Below are positions 36,678 through 48,000 of a DNA stretch of 64,000 bases, piece by piece. Origin of the DNA: Hydrolagus colliei. Lineage: Eukaryota. The translations under genes were made by a program, and so were the position numbers. Within the stretch, counting starts at the first letter, position 1; the number at the start of each line of letters is the position of its first letter. A model generated the notes under the pieces. The model ran no database searches, had not been told where the DNA came from, and saw only the letters and a program-made list of their open reading frames with translations. The stretch is from positions 13,082,001-13,146,000 of the forward strand of contig CM068752.1 of assembly GCA_035084275.1 (NCBI GenBank), written 5' to 3'.

Positions 36678-37217
36678 AGGCAATAGAGAAGGCTTTGGGA
36701 CCCCAGAATGTGTGTTGGGTTACTGCTAGAGTGTAAGCAGCTAAAACCACACAGCTTGGGGTTGCAAGCACTGTCTGGCAAGGTTTCACACCTTATATGA
36801 AATAATTGCAATCTATCACCCACATGTGTTAGATGAATAGAATACTTATAAATACCTTTCCTTCAAATGACTGGCCTAATATATAATAAATGTGTTGGGA
36901 GAAAAGACCCGTGCACTGATGTTAACTCTTTAAATTCCGAAACAACTGATGATACCGTATTGGTTGAAGCTGGTTTAATTTTACTTATGCAAACATACAC
37001 TACAAAACATTACAAACATGAACAGAACAACACTACCAGGTGACTGTTGTCTTGCCTTGGCAGGTGTTCTGGAGAGCTCTAAAATTCACGACATAAGACC
37101 CATGTCTTATACCCTTATGCACCTCCTTATTTGGACATTACATTGCCCAAAAGGAAAATCAAAACCAAACAGTCTAAAGATCAGGGTCGCAAAGAGTTGT
37201 TATTTACCTTCTTTATC

Positions 37218-37730
37218 TTATCCCGCACCTGCCTCCGTGACCACATAACCCCCACCCTCGCCCGTCTCCACTGGCTCCCCATCCTCCAGAGGATCGAATT
37301 TAAGATCCTCATCCTCACCTACAAGGCCTTACACGGCCTTGCCCCATCCTACCTAGCCGATCTACTCTCCCTCTACACGCCCACCCGGACCCTCCGTTCA
37401 ACAGGACTTGGCCTGCTCCAAGCCCCCCGCCCGAACCGCCCCACCATCGGAGGCCGGGCCTTCAGTTTCTCTGCTCCCACCTTATGGAATGCCATCCCTC
37501 AATCCCTCCGTTTCGCCTCTTCCCTTTCCTCTTTCAAGGCCGATTTGAAGACTTTCCTCTTCGATCGTGCCTTTTGTTCCACCCCGAACTCTTTTACCTC
37601 CCCTTCGTGTTTCACCCCTTCCCAAACACTCCCCTCCCAGCTCGGGTCACACGCCTCTTGTTTAGCGCCTTGGGACGTCCTCCCGACGTGAAAGGCGCTC
37701 TATAAATGTAAATTGTTGTTGTTGTTATCC
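37218..37730 (+). mobile_element. Young L2 LINE 3' fragment, possible 6-bp TSD ttatcc
   Basis: Open RT C-terminal frame ([26 protein letters not shown]...), (GTT)n tail, ttatcc at 37218-37223 and 37725-37730. Confidence 0.9.
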
Positions 37731-38489
37731 ACCCTAGTCTCAATATGCTCTCCTGCTTCTGTTTTACGCTGTCAAACCACAGGGTCTTCAGGGTCAGTTT
37801 AAACTAAACTAAAAGTTACAAAGTGAAATTCTTCCATTAGCTGCTAATTAACTATATACCGGTACGCATAGGTACACATATGCGTAACTACCCACATAAT
37901 TGTTTTAATAATCATATTCCTTACTTCTTGTAAAGCTAATATGTTTTCTAATTATATCGCAAAGCATCTATCACAACAAGATGCTTTGGGTTTGTGACCT
38001 ATGAGCCCAAGAGGGGCAAATCCTGCGTGTGGCTTTGAGCTCGGGTCAGGCTGTTCAGGTTGATGTTTCAGTGAAGAATTGGGAGAGCGTTGCATTTTTT
38101 TGTCTTTGGATAAGATGTTGAACTGGGGTCAGAATTTTGCTCTCTGATTTTTTTTGATGACTTTTGATGAGTATAGGATTACGTCTTACCTTCTGATCCT
38201 TTGTTGAAGTGTTCCTTTCTGAGGTACAATTCCATGAGCGGAAGTAAAATTTGGACAAAAAGATCAAAGGAACCTAAACAACTGTGATACTCGGGGTTTA
38301 ATTTGTTGTGTTCATTAACGTCGAAACCATTGCTTAATAAGAAACCTGAATCATCCAAAGATGGTATGAATACTTTGTTTTGCCAGTAAAGGAAGAGGAT
38401 AGAATAACCGCTGTACAAGGGAACCTAAAAATAAGCCAAAGAGAAGTATTTAACGTATTTAATATGAGTAAAAATAGTAATGAAGGAAA

Positions 38490-39030
38490 TAAAGAATGAA
38501 TCTCGAGGACCTGATGGAGTCACTCCAGGGTATTAAAATAAGTAGGTTGGGAATTGCAGATGCATTAGTTGTAATTTTCCAAAGCTCTCTATATTCGTGA
38601 ATTGTGCCCTTGGATTATAAAATAGCAAATATCACTCCATTATTTAAGAAAGTGGGGAGGGAATGACTCCAGGTTTTAAAGAACTAAATTATAAGGATAG
38701 GTTGCATAAACTTGAGGTATATTTCCTTGAGTATAGAAGGTTGGGGATGATTTAATTGAGGATTTTAAACTGATAATGGGATTCGATAGGGTAGGTAAAG
38801 ACATACTATAACCTCTGTTAGGGGAATCCAGAACAAGGAGATACAGTATAATCTTATAATTAGAGATGGGCCATATAGGAGGGAAATCAGCAGGTAGTTT
38901 ACCACTGAAAAGGTTTGTGTTAGGTTGTTAGTGAATCAATCAGTACAGGACAAAGGCGGATAATTGGAGTTGAAGTACAGATCAGCCGTGATTCTATTGA
39001 ATGAGTGGCTGAATGGTCTACTCTGGCTTC
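38490..39030 (+). mobile_element. Degraded CR1 fragments
   Basis: ggacctgatgga..ccagggtatta, ccactccattatttaagaaa, and a CR1-type 3' region. Confidence 0.6.
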
Positions 39031-39700
39031 TAAAGCATTAAGTGCAAATGCAGCATTCTGACCCACAGTATTTCTCCTCTCACACTTAGTAACTCTTTCT
39101 CCCTCCATCTATTTGTGTCTGTCAGTAACCGTCTCTGCTCTCTAGGTCACCCCTGCACCCGCGACCCCCCTCTCTCTGTAATACTTGTTCCTGCCTCTCT
39201 CACAATTGTCTCAAACAATTACTTGCTGCATCTATCATTTGCACACTCAGCTATTTATTTTTTCTAACTTTTCCAGAAACAGAGCTGTAGTGATAAGGAA
39301 CTGTATTGATGAAGCAATCTTGTTGTATCTTTCGAAACTTCTTTCGAAACTCGTTATAACCAGCTGTGGGTATAAGAAACTATTTTGTTGTTTGTTTCCA
39401 GTCTAAAAACAGGTTCACACATTGCACTAACCTCGATGTAACCAAATCTCCTGGGTTCACTTTCTGGTCCCACTATTTCCACAATTATATGAGGAGAAAT
39501 GTATTGAGTAATGACATGAAGCAACAGCAGTGACAGAGGAGACAAACATTTCCTTCAGAAATGGAATAACAGCTTCTGTCACGATTGTGCCATTTTTTAT
39601 TTCACATATTCAACACACTTCCTAAATTTCCTTTAAGTTATTACAGGGATATCCTACAACAAACTTCTAGTGGAATACAATCAATGATCAAAAGGCTATA

Positions 39701-39990
39701 CTGGAGTCCTGTAGCTCAGTGGTTAGAATATTCATTTGATATCCAGCACGATGAAATGTGTGGCTAGTTTTCTTACTTCACATGCCTCTGTTTACCTAGC
39801 AGTGATTAGGAACCCAGTTTTTAGTCCATTGCCAGTTAGCTTTTAAGGGCTAATAATTCTTTAACAAGTAGATAACTCAATCCATGACTGCGCATAATTG
39901 CTGCCATGTTTTGCCCACATATACAGTCAATTCACTTTACAGTATATTCTGTGAAGCTCTTTGAAATGTCTCGAAGATGTGATAAGCACT
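39701..39990 (+). mobile_element. tRNA/Deu SINE
   Basis: ggagtcctgtagctcagtggttaga head, Deu-like core, ctgtgaagctctttgaaatgtc tail. Confidence 0.7.
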
Positions 39991-40054
39991 CAAGCGATCT
40001 GAGATGCCGACCGGGTGGAGGGCGTTTTATAAATCAAAGTTGTTGTTGTTGATA

Positions 40055-41090
40055 AGGTGCTAAAACAGCAATAACAAAATTACATTTGTAAAGCGCTTTG
40101 TAAAGTGGGAGGACATCCGAAGGTGCTAAACAGTTAGGGATCAGGAGCCAAATGTTTGGAGTTGCATTGAGAGGAGGGAGGGCAGAGAGATTAGTGGGGC
40201 AGCTGAATGCACGGTCAAAAAGGAGGGTCTTGATTCAAGCCTTGAAGGAGGCAAGACAGGAAGAATTTGAAGTGATTGTGGGATGGAGTTCAAAAGAGTG
40301 AGGGCAGAGAGGACGAAAGCCTGGTCACCGATGATAGTGCAAGTTGGGTGGAGGCTGCTGAGCTAATCCAGTGAATGGGTTAATAGGGGGTCAGTAGGTC
40401 AGCGATATAAGAATAGGCAAGGCTGTGAAGGGCCATAAAAGTGAGGACAAGGATTTTTAAATTCTATCCTCTGAGGCATGAGGAGCTCGGCAAGGGTGGG
40501 GGTCATGGGATCATGAAGCCTCGTGCTGGAGCCAATTAGGAGCACTTTAGTCTTGCTGACATTCAACTGTAAAAAGTTTGCTCTATTCCAATACTTGGTG
40601 TCTGTCAGTTGTCCTGGAATCAAGGGTGGAGGCAGAGATATAGATCTGGGTATCACCCATGTACATGTGGAATTTGACCCCATGTGTGATGTCACCAAGG
40701 TTTTCAACCTCCATATGCTCATTGAGGTTGAAAAGGAGGGGGACCAAGGACAGAGTCCTGAGGAACTCCACACAAAACTGTGCAGGGACAGAAAGAGAAA
40801 CTATTGGCAGAGACAAATTCGAGACAATGTGTAAGCTGAACCATTCATGAATGGTACCTTGAAAGTTGAGGTGAGATGAGGTGGTGGAGGAGGATGGAGT
40901 GCTACACATTATCGAAGGCAGCAGAGAGGTTGAATGGGACGATGAGAAAGAGGGAGCCCTGGTCACAGATGGACAAAATATCATCTTGACCAGAGGAATT
41001 CCCATGCTGTGAGCAGCAGGGAAACCCAATTGGAGAGAGTGGTGGGAGAGAAATGAGCAAAGCTGGAATGCGGTGACTTATTCAAGGATC
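40055..41090 (-). mobile_element. L2 RT fragment (~1 kb, degraded)
   Basis: ORFs 40399-40773 and 40583-41029 resemble L2 RT (GV.FHMY.GDTQIY, NFLQLNVSKT). Confidence 0.75.
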
Positions 41091-41639
41091 TTTGAAAGAA
41101 AAGAGAGTTTGCAATGAGACAGTGGTTACAACAACAAAATTACATTTGTATAGTGCCTTTCACGTGAGGAGGACGTCTCAAGGCTGGACAGGTTACTGCT
41201 TCAGACCCGAGCTGAGGCCAGGGTTGGGCAGTGAGAAGGCAGATATGGGTCCATGGAAGGTTTTTTCAAGATAAGGGTGATTGTGGCTATTTTTTGGAGG
41301 ATGGGAACAGTTCTAGATGAAAAGGAACAGTTGATGGTGTCAGAGAGTAGACGGCTTGGAGGTGGAGCTGGGAGGCAAGGACAGGAGTAGGGATGGTGTG
41401 TTTCATGCTGGATGTAGTGTTAATGAGAGAGGAGGGAGAGACTGGTTTGAAAATGTGTGGGGAGGGAAGGGGAGGGAGTGGCTGTTGGGACGGCAGAGGC
41501 AGCTGAACAGATTCTGTCGATTTAGTTTTCTTTTCTTAAATTTGATACCATTGCTTATTAATGGACCTGTGTCATCCAAAACCTTGAATGAATCATTGCA
41601 TAATCATAGAAAATATTTCTATTAAAATAATATAAAACA

Positions 41640-42480
41640 TTTCTGGGAATACGGCAGGATGGCTGAGACCTGTTGCATGCTCAATGTGTGCCATGTGGGA
41701 ACTCCAGAAAGCTTTGAGTGCCCTTTGTGTAGGAAGTGCCTCTGACTGCTCGAGCACGACTTCAGGGGTTCTGAACTTGAGGAGAAGCTGGAATCATTAA
41801 ACAGCATTTGGTAAGCTGAAGAGATGATGGATCGAACGTTTCAAGAGATAGTCCATAGCCAAAGAGGGTTCAGAAGGAGATTGGGTGTGTCTCTACCTGG
41901 CATGGTAGGAAGAGGGTATGGGCAGTGCAGAAACCCCCTGAGAGTGCGGCACTCACAATCCAGTTCACTGGATTGAATACCGGTGAAAGTGAAGACATCT
42001 CTGGGGAGAGTAGTCAAAAGCAAACGGATGATACGTGTGCATAGGGAAAATTGTTAATGCAGTTGTCATTAGGGACACAACATTGAAATGACTAGACAGG
42101 TGTTTCTGTGATCAAAGACATGACTGTCATATGGTATGTGGCCTCCCTGTTGCCATTGAAGACACATGGTCCATGTTGGGATCCATGACGTATGGAAAAA
42201 AAAAGATCCTAGATCCTACATGGACAGTATCAGAAACTAGAGGAAAAGCTAAATAGTAGCGGTGATCTCTTGTTGACCCCCAGTGCTTTGTGCAAGTGAG
42301 TATCAAATCAGCAAGATCAAACACATGTCTGGAGAAATGGTGAAAAGAAAGCTTCAGGTTCCTGGAATATGGGGAGCGGATTCTGTGGTAGGTGGGAACT
42401 GTATAAGGTGGATGGGTTACACCTGAACAACAGGCAGGTCAACTAGTGCTGTGGGAAAGGGTTTGAACTAATTTTGAGTG
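41640..42480 (+). mobile_element. Degraded CR1 ORF1 region (Cys-rich N-terminus and esterase-like part)
   Basis: Cys-rich gcatgctcaatgtgtgcc...tgtaggaagtg, and ttagggacaca...atggtatgtggcctccctgttgcc resembling the CR1 ORF1 esterase GDS...CLPGA motif. Confidence 0.55.
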
Positions 42481-42602
42481 GGGAATGAAATCAGCATGTA
42501 GCATCAGAGAGGAGAAAGTAGTTACATAGAGGAAAAGGTTACATAGAGGAAAGTAGTTACATAGAGAGAAAAGGCGGTTAGAGATAAGAAGTAGTCCAGA
42601 AT

Positions 42603-42918
42603 AAATAATAATAATAATCCTTGCATTTGATGTAGCGCTTTTCACATCTAATCGATGTCTCAAAGTGCTTCACAGAATACACTGTAAAGTCAATTGGCTT
42701 GTGGGCGAAACACGGCAGCCAATTGCACACAGCAGTGTCCCACAAACAGTTATGGACTGGAATGACCAATTTTTATTATTGGTTTTTTTTGGATGGATTA
42801 TTATTAGGTGTGTGGAGTAAGGAAACTTGCCCAAGGTTTCGCCCTGACCTGCCTGGATTTGAACACAGGTCTCACACATGTAAGGCAAACTCTTTAACCA
42901 CTGAGCTACTGGAGCTCC
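42603..42918 (-). mobile_element. tRNA/Deu SINE
   Basis: Reverse complement of the 36368 family, with head, Deu core and tail all present. Confidence 0.82.
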
Positions 42919-43281
42919 AGAATACGATTAAAGGTAGGGTGGTCCAAAGAGGAAATCTTCTTGTGGAGACAGTGGCTTATGTACTGAATGAGTACTTTGA
43001 ATTTGTCTTCAAAAAGAAGAGGATGCAGCCAATGCCACAGTATTGGAGAAGATGTCTCCTGCATCTTCCAACGATTCCCCCAAATTTCCTGAGACTGTGT
43101 TATCTGGTTTAAGCATAAATTAGCCCATTGTGAGTATATGTCCAAGGGGTTAAGATAATATCCCAGTAATGGATTTTATGTTAAATAAACACAGCTGGAT
43201 GCTGAACAATATATTGTAATACACAGATCTGAAGTTTACAGTGCAATAAATGTTGAAATCTCATTTATAAGAACAATATTT

Positions 43282-43287
43282 TTTATT
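43282..43287 (-). terminator. Polyadenylation signal, paralogue B
   Basis: AATAAA at the orthologous position in all three paralogues. Confidence 0.55.
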
Positions 43288-43759
43288 GATTTAAAAATGT
43301 ATTACACTTTGCAAAACAATTCTCAAAAATATAATGAATTCAAAATTAAAATGAAAGTTGGCACATAGGCAAAAGTGGCAGATAATTTGCATCAAAAACA
43401 ACCCATAAACAACAAGATAACAATTGTTATAGCATAATATCAAATCAACAAAGCAACAACAACAAACTACATTAGTTCAGCGCCTTTCACATCGGGTGGA
43501 CTGTAAATTGGTGGAACTGTGTATTTGTAAATGAAGAGCGACATGCAACTAATTTAAATGTGGTAAACATTTTGATGAATATCAATCAGGATAACCAGAA
43601 GAAGAACATTACTTTGAAATTGTTCAAATTAGCTAAATTGCGAAGCAAAAGGAACCTAAATTAATACAACCATCAAAAATGGAATGATAAATCTTACTAT
43701 TGGTGAATGTTGTTATGTGTTTAATCACACAATACAGACACTGAGAATTATTGTCAATA

Positions 43760-44121
43760 CAGGTACCCAACCGCGTTTTTTTCTACCGCGAATTTCACGT
43801 ATCCACGGTTGCCTCTCTGCGACAACCTTTGTCAACCACGGCAGTGAATTTTGCATATCCACGGGTTTTAACACTAACACTGGCGTTTGGCGCTAGGACC
43901 CAGTTGCGATATCGCAATCAACCAGCCACGATGTCGCTTCTCTCTTAGGCTTATGAATTTATTGTTTTTTATATTGTTTTTTTATTGTGTTATTTGAACA
44001 TTTATTATTTTTGTTAGGTTATTATGTATTTTTTTGTGTTTAGTATTTCCCAACCGCCGTTTTACTAACCACCGGGGTTTTCAGGAACATATCCCTCCTT
44101 GGGGATATCCCTGTATCCCTG
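43760..44121. mobile_element. Tigger/pogo-like MITE in the paralogue B 3' UTR
   Basis: TA-CAGG...CCTG-TA ends, CpG-rich. The orthologous site in paralogue C (~1710, cattgtcactatatcaaagcgg) is empty. Confidence 0.7.
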
Positions 44122-44824
44122 TATATCAAAGCGGAACAAATTCACCTGAGTAAAATGCTTTTTTAATGACATCGCTTCAGTTTGAAACCACCTTGATTTT
44201 TCAGCTCCTTTCATGGCTGTTCACATTCAGTACCTTTGTGTGTGGTGTTTCATATTTCTGTGGCACGTTAGCCATAGAGTCATGGAATGGTTACCTCATC
44301 GCAGGCCGGCCTGTTCATCATCTCTGTTGTCATCCCACTGGAGCTATCTCTCTAATCCGATTCCCTGATGTTACCCTATCAAGTCTATTCTGTGGCCAAA
44401 TCCCCTAACTCTCCAGCTCAGATGCCCAGCCAGATGTGACAAACATTTTTGCATTGATTCCTCATTGCATATATCTATACTTTCTGAAATTGACCTTTAC
44501 AACCCCTGAACCTGTGCCCTCTTGTCCTTTGCTGCCTTTGTGCATCTGAAAATACTTCCACAATCCCATTTAATATCATACATAGTTGATACCTTCAGAG
44601 AATTCCCTCTGAGATGTCCCTTTTCAAATCTAATTGTGACAGTCATTTCTGTGAAGTGCGTTTTGACATTATGGAAGTTATAAAGAAGAAAAACTTGTAT
44701 TTGTATCGTCATCGTTAGAATGAAACACTATCATTGGTAACATTGGCGCTTCATTGCTACCAGCAACAAATCAAGCCATTGCCATCGGAGTTACACCATG
44801 GAAAATAGCTGTTTTTATTAAAGC

Positions 44825-45022
44825 TTATTTTACCCGCAAAGTGGAATAAATAATTTGTTCTGAATCATCTTCTGCTGGTTTCCGTGCCCCTGGCTGCTTA
44901 GTAAACTGGATGGCAGCGTACACTAAACAGGCTTCAGAATCCTCGTCAGCATTTTGAGATGCATTCACTTCTGGCTGCATGCACTCCTCTTCTGGCTCAG
45001 CATTTCCCCGCATTGCTTTCGG
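44825..45022 (-). CDS. Paralogue B terminal exon with ITIMs LVYAAI and IIYSTL
   Basis: 198 nt including TAA. Confidence 0.88.
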   Translation of the reverse strand, partial: PKAMRGNAEPEEECMQPEVNASQNADEDSEACLVYAAIQFTKQPGARKPAEDDSEQIIYSTLRVK

Positions 45023-48000
45023 CTGGTTAACCATAACAGAGTGATTGTTAGAATTGATGTAGATGTGAAGTCAAAATTGGTTATTAAAGGGGATGTTAAA
45101 ACATAATTCTTTGCACACAGGATGTTAGAATACTAAATAGTTTGCCACAAAGTTTCTAAAATTAATCAATAACTTGAGAAGCAGGGCTATTTCAGGACAC
45201 TATCCAACTAAACATCAAGAAGATTTAAGCCATACTGCTTGGCATCTGTCAATGTCTTCTCTCCCGTGGCTCCAACTTCTCTTTTCAAGAGAAAATGTGT
45301 CTAGGCTTTCCTGATAGGTATAACCATGCAGTTCTAGTACCATCCTTGTAAATCTTCTTTGCACCTTCTCCAGTCCTTCCATATCATTTCTATCCTATGG
45401 TAACCAGAACTGTATTCTCATACCCTAACACTGAGCTCATACCCTCATCTCACCACTCCTCACCAGGCTCCACCAGCTCAATGTCATGGAATGGATCGAT
45501 ATCAAGGACTTCTCATACATCTACAAATCCTTTCAGCCACTGTTACCTCCCCTCCTTTCTGATCTACTTTCTCCCCACTACACTACCCACTGCCTCCACT
45601 TGGCTGGCTAGGGCCGCCTGCTTGTCCCTCGATACTTTGCATCATCATCGGCGGGGACACTTTCATTCACTGCATCTAAGGCTTTGGAACTATCTTCCCA
45701 ATCCCTCTGCCTTGTCATCTCCTTCCCTTCTTCTAGATCTTTGCCACTGTTAAGTGCAAGGAGACACTGACCCATATGAACTGTGCTATATAAAACAAGT
45801 TATTTTTGTTGATTCACCTCAATGGTACTATATATGCTTTCTTGCTTGTCTACTTTGGCTGGTTCGGAATTCTCTGGGTGGCTGGAGATGCAGGAATCAT
45901 GCAGCAAATTTTCTCCAGGCTCATCCTTAACTGTTGCTGACATACCCATCATATTTTCATACTCATGCTCTTCCTTGTTGTCAACTTCAATCATCCGGTT
46001 ATCCTGTCAACAGCATAATAATTACAATTCTTCTCCAGAGAATTATGAAACAACAATAACAAAAACAAAATTACACTTGTTGTTCAAGGACAATCTTGTC
46101 CTGCTCGTCAGGAGGACTTTCCAAGGTGCTGGACAGTCATTGTTTCAGATACAAGTTGGGGTCGGGGATGGCGAGGGAACAGGGAGGGTTTGGGGTGACT
46201 GATGGAAACCATTGAAGAGGAGAGTCTTGTGGATAAAGGGGTTAAAGGATGTTGGGATAAGGCGGGTAAGGTGGAGTTAGAATAGATCAGTCATGATCTT
46301 ATTGAATGGCAGGGCAGGCTCGAGGGGCCGAATGGCCTACTCCTGCTCCTAATTCTTATGTTCTTATGTCTTGAGGTAGGTATTGAAGGAGGCTAGGCAT
46401 AGGGCAAGGCAGAAGGATTGTGGGATGGAGTTCCAGAGATTTGTGGCAGAGTGGCTGAACGCTCGCCTGCCAGTGGCGTGGCAGGTGGGTCGGGGGACAT
46501 GGAGCAGGCCGGAGCCTGCTGAACAGAAGTGGCAGGCAGGTTAGTAGGGGGTTACGAGATTGCAGAGGTAGGGTGGGCTGAGGCCATGGAATTGAATGCT
46601 CTGGATGGGGAACCAATGGAGTCGGGCAAGGATGGGGGAGACGGGGTCATGGAGCGGTAGAGGACATGGGCTTGAGTTCTGTACTGTCTGCAGCCTATGG
46701 AGGGAGGAATTGGGAAGGCCAAAAAGCAGCAGGTTGGCATAGTCGAGCCAGGATGTAATGAAAGTGTGAATGAGGGTTTTAGCAGCCTGAGGGATGAGGT
46801 AATGTCAGAGTCAGGCAATATTGTGGAAGTGAAGGAAGGCAGAGAGGGTCTTGTTGGCATTAAAATGTAGAAAGTTAACTCTCATCCAGGACTTGATGTC
46901 TGACAGGGAGTCAGTGAGGACAAGGAGGCAGAGAGAGCCCTGATCACAGATGTGAAACCAGGCATATTATGCACTGAAGGGGCCATTTAACCTTTGTCTC
47001 TGTCAGACCTGTTTCTCTAAATTGCTCAGTTTTGAAAATATTCTCACTTTCCAATACTTCTCCCTTAATGTTTTCATTACTCAGGTGCTAATGAGTGCCC
47101 AAGTTTATCAACAACACCCTGCACTTATGCTGGGTAGCATATCTGAGCACTTCACAGTGGTGGACAAACCAGGAGAGAGGCAGATGGCTGGTTGAAGAAG
47201 AAAATCTTCAGATGGAACATAAACATGAACAAGGAGATGTAGAGATTTAGGCAAAGAGTTGAAGAGTAAATAGTGGCTTAAGAATTCTAAGAGAATAATA
47301 ATAACCCTTGCATTTGATATAGCAGTTTTCACCAATATGAAACAATATACATATATAGCGCTTTTCACATCTTATCGACGTCTCAAAGCACTTCACAGAA
47401 TACAATATACTGTAAAGTGAATTGACTGTATATTTATGGGCAAAGATATTCATTCTAAGATCTCCCTGAGCCTCTCAATCTCTTGTTCTGGTGAAAACAG
47501 CTCCCAGTTTATCCAGCTGCTCTTCATATGTTTATTGTTTCATACTGGTATATCTTTTTGGTGAATCCCACAATGGGAAGCCCAAAATTGAACACTTTGC
47601 TCCAACTGCAATCTAACCAATGTCCTATAGTGTTCCAACGTAACTTACATATGTCCCATTTGACTTCTTGATAGCTTTCTGCACCTTGCCCACCACTTTT
47701 AATATACAATGGAAGCCATTTAACCAGACTTCGCTTAACCCCAGATGCCAAGTAAATTGAATAAAACCACCCATCCCAGATTCAATTGTATCCCTATCCG
47801 ATTTAAATGTGCTGGATAATTCATACACTGTGTCTGGGTAATCCAGACAAAATACCTTTCTAATCACTACTGAATGTACTCACTCACATCTTCTATGTCT
47901 CCAACAGCTCTATTCAGCCTCAAGAAGCTCCAGGACACAGATGGGAGGAGTCAAATTGCTATTGATTGACAGCAGACTCCAACGATTCACAAGCAGTTCG

